Assembly: GCF_000012285.1 (NCBI RefSeq)
Contig: NC_007181.1
Coordinates: forward strand, 960,001 to 992,000
From: Sulfolobus acidocaldarius DSM 639
GTDB taxonomy: Archaea > Thermoproteota > Thermoprotei_A > Sulfolobales > Sulfolobaceae
DNA: 32,000 nucleotides
Reading direction: 5' to 3'
Position numbers and translations under genes: made by a program. Of this stretch, positions 1-7,900 are shown piece by piece. The notes under the pieces are model-generated. The model was not told the origin of the DNA. It made no database searches and saw only the letters and a list, made by a program, of their open reading frames with translations. Within the stretch, counting starts at the first letter, position 1, and each line of letters starts with the position of its first letter.

Positions 1-714
1 AATGTTGTAGTAGGTAACTTGACAGTGGTTAACTCACAGGTTGGAGTAAGTAGTTCAACATTAAATTCACTGACCGCGAAGAACTCTAAATTATCAATAG
101 CCCAATCCACAATAGGTGGTGATCCTGACAGTGTAGCGATACAATTATATAACTCTAGCCTCATACTGACTTCTGTAGTAATAGCAAACTCGACTTATGC
201 ATTCAATCAGGTCAATAGTAATGTTGAGCTAAACGGAGTAAGCCTATCGAACGTACAACATGTATCTACAATATCACCTCCTACCATATCACCTCAATTT
301 GTAAATATAACGCAGAAAATAAGTGCACTAAACCTAACTGTCTCCGGTTATAACGCTAAGATACTGAACGTTTTAGTGAATGGAATATCGACAAGGTACT
401 CAGTTATTAGCTCATCACAAAATTCCACAACGATTTCAATACCCTTCTCTTCATCCGCTTTACCGTCGGGACAATACACTATAGTGGTTATGACATATAA
501 TGGATTACCGTATAATGTGAGTGCTACGGTATACAATGCTTATCCTCAAATATCACTATCAAGTTCATTGTCTAACGCGACAACCTCACTATCAAGTAAA
601 ATATCCAGTAATGCGTCTGACGTAGCGTTTTATAGAAATATCACCATAGCTTCCCTAATAATAGCCATAATATCATTGATCCTTGTCATATACTTGTTGT
701 TAAGAAGGAGGTGA
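1..714 (+). CDS. Cell-surface glycoprotein, 5'-partial (continues upstream of the window); repetitive beta-helix-like N-part, Ser-rich stalk, C-terminal membrane anchor
   Basis: Frame 1 is open from nt 1; the track ORF at 19 begins at an internal TTG. It has numerous N-x-S/T sequons and repetitive short V/N/S-rich strands. A Ser-rich tract (SLSSSLSNATTSLSSKISS) precedes the hydrophobic ITIASLIIAIISLILVIYLLL segment, followed by RRR at the C-terminus. Confidence 0.6.
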   Translation, partial: NVVVGNLTVVNSQVGVSSSTLNSLTAKNSKLSIAQSTIGGDPDSVAIQLYNSSLILTSVVIANSTYAFNQVNSNVELNGVSLSNVQHVSTISPPTISPQFVNITQKISALNLTVSGYNAKILNVLVNGISTRYSVISSSQNSTTISIPFSSSALPSGQYTIVVMTYNGLPYNVSATVYNAYPQISLSSSLSNATTSLSSKISSNASDVAFYRNITIASLIIAIISLILVIYLLLRRR

Positions 715-721
715 GACAAGA

Positions 722-2470
722 ATGAAAGCCCTCTTACTTATACTGGTTATTGCTCTTGGTATTACACCATTAACACTAATGGGGTCTACTACTTCATCCT
801 CCCATTATGGGGTCTATAATGATATGACGATTTACAACATAACAGGATTTCCTAACGGAGTGGATCCTGCATACTATTCTGAAGAGCCATTTTTCATAAA
901 GAGCAATGTTACACCTATAATAGTCAACGTAGCCCAAAACATGGTATTCAATAACACAGGAATAATTCCAAAAGTTGTAACATTATATATTCCGCCAGGT
1001 AATTACAGCATGATACTGCTGAACATATCTATCAAAGAGTACGGAGGTGCTCAGTTTGACAGACCTGTTTACATATTTGCAAATGGTATACCAATATTCT
1101 GGGGATCAACACAAGAGATCAGAAATAGTACAGCTCAGACTGATGTCACTATGTTTGAAAACTTGCTACAGGGTAATGTGACTTTCCAGCTTGTCTTAGC
1201 CACTTACTACGCCAAAAGTGTTGGTATAGTTGGTCTTTACTCAATGAACGTAACGCTGTTACTTTATCCAGGTAACAAACCTGCGGGACTACCAAATTAC
1301 TTCATACCGCTCTTCATGAACAGCTTAAACTACTCGAGGGTTGTTCTAAATCCATTAAATGATCAGGTAACCCAAAGTGTAGTAATGCCTAATGGAACAT
1401 TTAGGTCAGTTCTATTGCTCTACTATGAAGGCGGTGGTTTAGATGAATTTTGGTATACGAATATACCAGCCACTAGAAATATACTAGTATATTATAACAG
1501 CCTTTTGGCGGGAGTAGTGAATCCATATCCTATAATATATACAGGCGGGATAAACTTGTTCTGGTGGAGACCGGTAACCTCCATAAACACATTAGCTTTT
1601 GAGACACCACAATATATAGAGCTGACACCCCTCTTAGCAACTTCAACTAAGCCAAATATAACAGTAACAGTTAGTAATCTGTTAGCTTCTGCACAGGAGT
1701 TAGGTTCTACCGCGCTGTCATGGACAATTTCGGGTGTCCTGATGCTTTGGGTGAACAACTCTAACCCATTAATAAGTTCAAAGCTTATATCTGCCGATGC
1801 AAGGTATGTTGACTCTCAGCCGATATTTACAGGTTTATCTGGTTCCACATATTATCAACAGGGAGAATATTATTCAATAAACTACACATCTATACTGAAA
1901 TTCGAGAATGGGCAAGAGTTTGCTACCACTTATGAAGAAGGAAAAGTAACAGCTTACCAATCTTTCAATCCTAGTTTTATCTATCAACAGGCTATACTTG
2001 ATCAACAATTTAAAGAAATTAGTTTAATCAAGGGATTACACAACGCAGAGCTAATTTTGGAGGGAACGTTCCCAATAAATCTCCAGTTAACCTCCTTCGT
2101 TGTCCCCATAACTAATCCAAATATAATTCCATACAATGCTAGCTATTTACAGAATGGAACCCTGAGCTTAGGACTATTTTATAAATTCGGCTACGTATAC
2201 GATAACTATAACCTAACCATCCAGATCAGTGAGAATTCTAATGCTATAGGTGGGTTTTCAGGTATTTTAGAGATAATAAACAAGTATGGGGGAGCAGTTT
2301 TAGTGTCTATTACAAGTAACTATGCCCAAACCCAAAAGTCACTAAACGCTATCTACCTAGTGAATGGTAAGGGTTTTGAAGAGAACTTCTACGCATTAGG
2401 TGTGCAGAACTCCACTAACAATACTGCAGGATATCTGGTGAAATATGAGATAAATTATGAGTACATTTGA
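722..2470 (+). CDS. Secreted, heavily N-glycosylatable protein of the PNGase A (peptide-N4-(N-acetyl-beta-glucosaminyl)asparagine amidase A)-like family
   Basis: The 582-aa ORF starts 8 nt after the upstream stop. It has an N-terminal signal/TM segment (MKALLLILVIALGITPLTLMG). The block GGAQFDRPVYIFANGIPIFWGSTQEIRNSTAQTDVTMFENLL...GLYSMNVTLLLY aligns by eye with the conserved core I recall from almond PNGase A (GEQYDR..GGVELLRTSTAEP..KDVTRY..GVYHVNVTLHFY). Confidence 0.6.
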   Translation: MKALLLILVIALGITPLTLMGSTTSSSHYGVYNDMTIYNITGFPNGVDPAYYSEEPFFIKSNVTPIIVNVAQNMVFNNTGIIPKVVTLYIPPGNYSMILLNISIKEYGGAQFDRPVYIFANGIPIFWGSTQEIRNSTAQTDVTMFENLLQGNVTFQLVLATYYAKSVGIVGLYSMNVTLLLYPGNKPAGLPNYFIPLFMNSLNYSRVVLNPLNDQVTQSVVMPNGTFRSVLLLYYEGGGLDEFWYTNIPATRNILVYYNSLLAGVVNPYPIIYTGGINLFWWRPVTSINTLAFETPQYIELTPLLATSTKPNITVTVSNLLASAQELGSTALSWTISGVLMLWVNNSNPLISSKLISADARYVDSQPIFTGLSGSTYYQQGEYYSINYTSILKFENGQEFATTYEEGKVTAYQSFNPSFIYQQAILDQQFKEISLIKGLHNAELILEGTFPINLQLTSFVVPITNPNIIPYNASYLQNGTLSLGLFYKFGYVYDNYNLTIQISENSNAIGGFSGILEIINKYGGAVLVSITSNYAQTQKSLNAIYLVNGKGFEENFYALGVQNSTNNTAGYLVKYEINYEYI

Positions 2471-2490
2471 TAAAAGTAAAGACACACACT

Positions 2491-2500
2491 TCTTTTTTAT
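2491..2500 (+). terminator. Oligo-T tract downstream of the PNGase-A-like gene (archaeal intrinsic terminator type)
   Basis: A T6 run at 2493-2498 lies about 23 nt after the TGA stop at 2468-2470, in a convergent gene junction. Confidence 0.3.
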
Positions 2501-2553
2501 TCATTTATCTTTTAAATGTGATAGTAAAAAGCTCGATTGGGTTCTTGTTACGC

Positions 2554-4277
2554 TTAAAAAGTGTACTCGTTTTCGCTTTTCTCACCCTTTTTATATCTAT
2601 CCTCCTCCAGCTTCCTTAATTCATTCCTCCTTATTTTACCACTAATAGTCTTTGGTAATTCATTTACAAACTCTATTTTCCTTGGTACCTTATACGGAGA
2701 TAGACTCTTACTAACATGATTGACCAGTTCTTTGGCTAATTCATAAGAGGGTGAGTATCCTGGTTTAAGTACTACAAAGGCTTTAACGAGTTGCCACCTA
2801 ACAGGATCTGGTGAACCAACTACCGCAGCCTCAGCTACTGCAGGGTGTTCAATTAACGCGCTCTCCACTTCAAAGGGTCCCACCCTGTAGTCGGAGGTTT
2901 TTATCACGTCATCAGCCCTAGCAACAAAGTACCAGTTACCCTTATCGTCAAAATATCCCTTATCTCCAGTGAAGTAATAACCGTTTCTAAATGCCTCTTT
3001 GTTTTTCTCCTCATTAGAATATCCTTTAAACAGTGGAATAGCACGCCATTTAGTTAATCTAATAGCTATATGCCCAACATCGAAGGGTTTAGTTATCTCT
3101 TTACCTTCGTCATCGAGTAGAACAACGTCGTATAGGGGCGACGGTATGCCAAAGGATCCTGGAGTCACATCTCTCCACGGTGGATTGCCTATAATTGCGG
3201 TTGTTTCTGTCTGCCCATAGAAGTCTCTTATTGTCAAATCAAACTTATCCTTCCATACCTTTATTATCTCAGGGTTCAGAGGTTCACCAGCGGAAACAAC
3301 ATTCCTCAGCTTATGGAATTTAAACTTCCACAGATCCACTAAATTAAACAGTCTCCAGGCTGTAGGGGGTGCACAAAATGACGTTACATTGAAATTATCT
3401 ACAACACTCAAATATTCCTGGGCGTTTAGTCTACCCTCGTAGTTGACAGCCATTATTGTTGCTCCAACTATCAACGGAGAAAAGAATGAACTCCAGGCAA
3501 ACTTAGCCCAACCTGGTGCACTCAAATTCAGATGAATGTCCTCAGTCGACACCCCTATTATAGAGGCAGTGGATAAGTGCCCCAATGGATATGAAGTAGC
3601 AGTGTGAATAACCCTTTTAGGCAATCCTGTAGTACCAGACGTAAAGTAGTTTAAAATATCGTCCTCTGATGAGGTAGGATATGCCTCAGCGCTTTCACTT
3701 TCACTTTGAGTAAGCTCAAAGTCTGTCCAGCCATTAACTCTTCCTCTCACGACTATTTTTAAGGGTTTTAGATCCCCTAGAGCTTGGTCTATCCTTTCTG
3801 CACTTTTTGGATCAGCTATTATAACTTTAGGCTTAAGATCAGCAAATCTATAGCCTAATTCATAAGCTGTAAGATTATTCGCTGTAGGTACTAGCACAAA
3901 ACCAGCCTTTATAGTAGCTAAGAACGTAACCCACTGCTCAGGAAACACGGGTGTCATCAAGTAAACTGGATCTCCCTTACCTATACCACTGGATTAAGAA
4001 AGTTAATCAATTTATTAGCTCTGATCAGAAGATCTTGATAAGTGTAAATCTCCTCAACTTTGGTATCTAAATCGTACCACATGAGGGCTGTCTTCCCGCC
4101 TCTATCTTTCACATGGATTTCCTCATAAATATCCCTTACCCAATTAAAATCCTCTATCTTTCCGAGGAAATTTAATCTAGTAAACAAATCATTAATTCTT
4201 TCTGGTCTATCTAGAGGATTAAGTTTTTGTATATCTATGAAGTCTCTTACTAGATTTTTGATTAATTCGTTCGCCAT
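2554..4277 (-). pseudogene. AMP-forming acyl-CoA synthetase/ligase (adenylate-forming superfamily) split by a single frameshift
   Basis: Two co-linear minus-strand ORFs cover this gene: 3981-4277 (98 aa, N-terminal) and 2554-3960 (468 aa). The large fragment carries YFTSGTTGLPKRV, YGQTE, YFTGDKGYFDDKGNWYFVARADDVIKTSDYRVGPFEVE and PKTISGKIRR. The downstream frame is already open from 3993, reading SSGIGKGDPVYLMTP. The N-fragment ends ..LINFLNPVV* at 3981-3983. One extra nucleotide near 3984-3996 would give ..NFL(K/N)SSGIGKGDPVYLMTP.., the canonical junction for this family. Confidence 0.75.
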
Positions 4278-4554
4278 ATTTAATATTGAGCTTAATAATT
4301 TATTTAAAGATTTTGTTTAGTAATAATAGGAAATAAATACAATATGTATAAGATAGTTTTCGACAATAGAGAATATTAACAAGATAACACGTGAAAATTC
4401 CCTCAGTAAAAGCTTAATCGTTTGTCATATGTGTATAAGAATTGCACAACTTTAGTTATCTCTCTCAACATTCTCTAGAACTCAAGATCATCACGGCTTT
4501 CTAGCCTCTGTTCTCAAAACAAATTTAAATACATACTTGTTCTAAATTTTAACG

Positions 4555-5004
4555 ATGAATGACCTGGAGGATATCCTTAAAAAATTGGCTCTGTCTTATA
4601 AATTCATTTCTGTTCCTAATGCAAGGACAGTAAAAGATGCCTCAATGTCTTTAGGAGTCTCAGAAGATAGAATAGCTAAAACGATTTTGGTTATTGCAGA
4701 TAACAAACCATATGCAGTGTTCCTGAGAGGTAATAGAAGGGTTGACTTAGATAAATTAAAACTGTATCTTAACGTGAGAGAAATTAGAGTGGCTAAAGCT
4801 AGTGAAGTAAAGAAGATAACTGGATATGAAGTTGGTGGTTTACCACCTTTAATAAATGGAGTTGAGACTATAATGGATGAAGAACTTGCAGATGATGATA
4901 AAGAGGTATTTTGTGGCGGAGGTAACGAGACGACACTCCTTTCCATAATACCTAAAGAGCTAGCTGAAAAGTCAATGCTGAGGATATTTTCCGTAGGAAT
5001 TTAA
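4555..5004 (+). CDS. YbaK/ProX-type aminoacyl-tRNA trans-editing deacylase domain protein
   Basis: This is a 149-aa ORF. The pattern KTILV..KPYAVFLRGNRRVDLDKLK...ASEVKKITGYEVGGLPPL is typical of the YbaK/prolyl-tRNA-synthetase-associated editing fold. Confidence 0.7.
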   Translation: MNDLEDILKKLALSYKFISVPNARTVKDASMSLGVSEDRIAKTILVIADNKPYAVFLRGNRRVDLDKLKLYLNVREIRVAKASEVKKITGYEVGGLPPLINGVETIMDEELADDDKEVFCGGGNETTLLSIIPKELAEKSMLRIFSVGI

Positions 5005-5057
5005 GCTCCAGCACGAACTAATCAGATTTTTTAATTGACATACTTAATATTTTACAT

Positions 5058-5243
5058 ATGAGAGAAGAGGCAAAAGAGGAATTGGAAGACATAAGAGATA
5101 AATTAGAAAGGATATTGGACAAAATAAATGACATGATAAATGAATTGGACAGTGGTAAGGACATTGATTATGATGAGTTGGATCGGATTATAGACGAAGT
5201 TGGGATTCTGAGAGACGACTTGAAGAATTTGAAAAGAGATTGA
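5058..5243 (+). CDS. Small acidic coiled-coil protein, function unknown
   Basis: The 61-aa ORF is E/D/K/R-rich with heptad-like spacing (EELEDIRDKLERILDKINDMINEL). A TTTTTAAT element lies about 27 nt upstream of the ATG, consistent with a leaderless transcript. Support is ORF and promoter geometry only. Confidence 0.45.
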   Translation: MREEAKEELEDIRDKLERILDKINDMINELDSGKDIDYDELDRIIDEVGILRDDLKNLKRD

Positions 5244-5308
5244 AGAGTTTTTTAAAATGGCTTCTCTTAAAATCTTTATTCGACTATCATAACCACGCCT
5301 GATTTCAC

Positions 5309-5857
5309 TTAGAGAGCTTCTACCGTCATCAATGCAGCCTTATCAATCCTCACCCTGGGTGGAGGAGGAATTTCATTAACATAATACGTTCCCTCACCAT
5401 ATAAACGACCATATCTTAGTACGACCCCATTAGCCTCTTTCACGATACTTTCCATCTCATCTACTGCTCTTCCAGAATCACCATTCAATTTCCATGCAAC
5501 ACTTTCCATATAAATCCTACTTACTCCGATATCTTTAGATACTCGTATCAGATTTGCCGTTCCTTCTCTTCTAATCTTATTATTTAAAGGCGCAAACTCA
5601 TTAATCAGTTTCATATCATCTGGCAGATCAGTCAGAAAACTTATAATTACGTCTGGATTAGATTCCCTCACTACGTTATACAATCTCGGCATATCATATA
5701 CGTTACAGACTACTGGATGTGAGCCTAAGCTCCTGAGGATCCCGACTTTTTCAACTGACCTTGTGATTCCGGTTACTTCATAGCCTTCACGAACTAGTAA
5801 AGGTATGACATTCCTTCCCAGTACTCCACTAGCACCCACGACTAAAACTTTCATCAT
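5309..5857 (-). CDS. NAD(P)-binding Rossmann-fold protein (atypical/extended SDR, epimerase-like), possibly C-terminally truncated
   Basis: The N-terminus is MKVLVVGASGVLGRNVIPLLVREGYEVTGITRS (GxxGxxG). It also has NNKIRREGTANLI and VLRYGRLYGEGT blocks. At 182 aa it is shorter than the ~290-aa relatives I recall. Confidence 0.65.
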   Translation of the reverse strand: MMKVLVVGASGVLGRNVIPLLVREGYEVTGITRSVEKVGILRSLGSHPVVCNVYDMPRLYNVVRESNPDVIISFLTDLPDDMKLINEFAPLNNKIRREGTANLIRVSKDIGVSRIYMESVAWKLNGDSGRAVDEMESIVKEANGVVLRYGRLYGEGTYYVNEIPPPPRVRIDKAALMTVEAL

Positions 5858-6097
5858 TGAAACTCAAAATATACTAGTTGTCTGAAGGTTTTATAGATTA
5901 TATACACGGTCTCATGATTTATACGCTTGAATTATCAGTTAGTTTTCAGAACCATACAAACACTATTACATTTTAATGCCTAATTCAGGGTAGCCTTGTA
6001 GGTTATGGCACATTTAGACTTAAAATACACAGTCCATATTAAACTGGGATCCCTTATATCTACAAAACTTAATATGACGACAGTAGTTTATAATTGC

Positions 6098-6727
6098 ATG
6101 AACACTTTAGCCATATACAACCATCCTGTGGAAAGGCTGGGTATACTCAGTAGGTTTCTGAAAAATGTAACCGAAATATATGCTGAGGAAATAACGGGCG
6201 AAGAGAGATTTGATAACGTGGTCATTATGGGAGGACCCATGGGAGTATATGAAAGAGAAAAATACCGTTTTTTAGATCTAGAAATGAAGTTGATCAGGAG
6301 AGCTTACTCAGAGAAGAAAAGAGTTTTAGGTATTTGCCTTGGATCACAGTTAATTGCCGAAGCTTTAGGAGGAAAAGTAGTAAAGGGGCAGTTCGGAGTT
6401 GAAATAGGTGTTTCAAGAATAAGACTAGTAAATGATTTTAAGGACTATTTTGGATCAGATGAGTTACATGTGTTTCAATGGCATGGTGATACTTTTTCCC
6501 TACCCCATGGCGCTACACTACTGGCTTACAGTGAAAAATATTATCAGGCATTTAATATCGGAAGAGCCTTAGGAATACAATTCCATATAGAAGTGGATTC
6601 GGAGATGCTGAGAGATTGGTTAAGGGTTTACGGAGGAGATAGTAAGATGATAGAGGAAGTAAGGGAACAGGAAAACAATTTCGAGAAAATAGCGGATAAA
6701 TTGGTGAGATATTGGTTAAGCTTGTAG
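6098..6727 (+). CDS. Class I glutamine amidotransferase-like protein
   Basis: It contains the catalytic-Cys nucleophile elbow RVLGICLGSQLIAEALGG, plus FQWHGDTF and IQFHIE (His/Glu). The ORF is open from ATG 6005. I prefer ATG 6098 (MNTLAIYNHP..) because the fold begins there and an A/T-rich box lies about 27 nt upstream, so the start is uncertain (also ATG 6074). Confidence 0.7.
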   Translation: MNTLAIYNHPVERLGILSRFLKNVTEIYAEEITGEERFDNVVIMGGPMGVYEREKYRFLDLEMKLIRRAYSEKKRVLGICLGSQLIAEALGGKVVKGQFGVEIGVSRIRLVNDFKDYFGSDELHVFQWHGDTFSLPHGATLLAYSEKYYQAFNIGRALGIQFHIEVDSEMLRDWLRVYGGDSKMIEEVREQENNFEKIADKLVRYWLSL

Positions 6728-6890
6728 AGTTCACTCCTGCGCATCCTAGTGCATGAACTGAACCTAAAATAACGTTCACTCACGTTTCTAGGACAGAGAT
6801 TTTTTCTCTCTCCTCCTACTCTCATATACTACCGCGAGTCTATAACTAGTAAGATTAAAGCTTTATATATGGAGTTAATTAGTTGAATTT

Positions 6891-7697
6891 ATGAATGATA
6901 ATCTGCTCACATACCCTTTCACGAGAAGTGGTAAATCAGCTATTGTTCCTCCTCCGCCATGGTACTATGGTGTGACATATATTTCGGCTTATGTAAAATT
7001 TCAAAAAGACACTTTGTATCAGTTTTTACCAAACTTTCTCGATAGCAAGGGAGAAGGCTGGATATATATAGCTGAATTTATCTCCCCGTCTGAGGAGACT
7101 TGGGATCTTATGTATCAGGACCCAGATTTAACCCAGTATCTAGAGGGAGCCATAGGTTTACGAGTATACTATGAAGGGAAAAGCTACTTATACTTTCCAT
7201 TCATGTGGGTGGACAAGGACTGGGCTCTGGTAAGAGGATGGTTAGATGGATATCCTAAAAAGATAGCTAAGATCTCCATGACCAAACTACATCCTCTACT
7301 TCCTAAGTACAACAAACCAGAAAATGGACTAAAGCTTGGAGGATATGTTGTTAGAGGAGGAAATTTCCTGTTTAGACTACAGGTTGAGCTAAGGGAAAAG
7401 GTGGACGACGTGCCTCTGAGGAGCTTTGGTGCTCCTTTAAATGTTAGGATATATCCTGCAAGAGGGGAATCAGAGACCAGTGTCTTTGAACTGGTTAGCA
7501 GAGTTAGGGACGAGAATGTCCTAGGCGAGATATGGAAAGGAGATGCGAAGATAGAGCTTGGGGGATACGTAAATGATGAGCTCGACAAGTTGAAGATAGA
7601 AGACGTAATAGCAGGTTATTACTACACGACATACTTTAAGGTAAGAACTACAAGATTGCTTGCTAAGCTAGATAGAGAAACATTAGTGTCTAAGTAA
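6891..7697 (+). CDS. Acetoacetate decarboxylase (ADC)-family protein
   Basis: This is a 268-aa ORF. The N-terminal pattern [35 protein letters not shown] resembles the ADC-family N-terminal signature as I recall it. The assignment is by eye only. Confidence 0.5.
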   Translation: MNDNLLTYPFTRSGKSAIVPPPPWYYGVTYISAYVKFQKDTLYQFLPNFLDSKGEGWIYIAEFISPSEETWDLMYQDPDLTQYLEGAIGLRVYYEGKSYLYFPFMWVDKDWALVRGWLDGYPKKIAKISMTKLHPLLPKYNKPENGLKLGGYVVRGGNFLFRLQVELREKVDDVPLRSFGAPLNVRIYPARGESETSVFELVSRVRDENVLGEIWKGDAKIELGGYVNDELDKLKIEDVIAGYYYTTYFKVRTTRLLAKLDRETLVSK

Positions 7698-7900
7698 TTT
7701 TAAACAAAACACAACTTTTTATATTAAGATTTTTAAACATATCATCTTAAACAGTTTCCTAATACTCTTTGTAGAGTAAAGAGACTAAAAATAAACAATT
7801 CCTCATTTACTCGTGAGAAAAATAATAACTTAATATAATTAGGTCGCTAAACTTGTATATTTTTTAAGATATAAAAATAGTTTATCTTTATACATGAAAA

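Noticed and set aside
2457-2645. A 62-aa plus-strand ORF spanning the convergent junction after the PNGase-like gene
   Set aside because: It overlaps the 3' end of the acyl-CoA synthetase gene in antisense and runs through the T-rich terminator tract. The sequence is implausible for a protein.
3984-3996. Programmed -1 ribosomal frameshifting to rescue the split acyl-CoA synthetase
   Set aside because: A -1 shift would restore the frame. However, the overlap window contains no X-XXY-YYZ slippery heptamer and no obvious downstream structure, so a simple 1-nt deletion is more parsimonious. It remains open in the findings.
5165-5243. C/D-box-sRNA-like words (TGATGA ... CTGA ... TGAAGA) in the small acidic ORF
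   Set aside because: The box order and spacing do not fit C-D'-C'-D and there is no terminal CTGA or terminal stem. These words are expected by chance in a GAT/GAA-rich coding sequence.
6728-6759. An inverted repeat AGTTCA...TGAACT with inner GCA/TGC pairing just after the GATase stop, plus a GTTCACTC direct repeat at 6729 and 6774
   Set aside because: The arms are short and the internal loops asymmetric. It may be a 3' hairpin, but archaeal termination does not require one and the statistical support is weak.
6552-6825. Two minus-strand ORFs (75 and 65 aa) across the 3' end of the GATase gene and the following spacer
   Set aside because: They overlap each other and the GATase gene, have no recognisable features, and one is largely antisense to conserved GATase sequence.
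7184-7588. A 134-aa minus-strand ORF inside the ADC-family gene. Similar shadow ORFs occur at 348-536, 1492-1758, 2999-3220, 4596-4946, 8191-8412, 9333-9521, 12222-12506, 13968-14186, 15287-15508, 16546-16728, 18087-18302, 21466-21723, 22618-22809, 28380-28604, 29986-30207, 30901-31122 and 31126-31407.
   Set aside because: All are nested antisense or out of frame within longer ORFs that carry recognisable family motifs. Their translations are compositionally skewed (S/L/F/P-rich) and motif-less.
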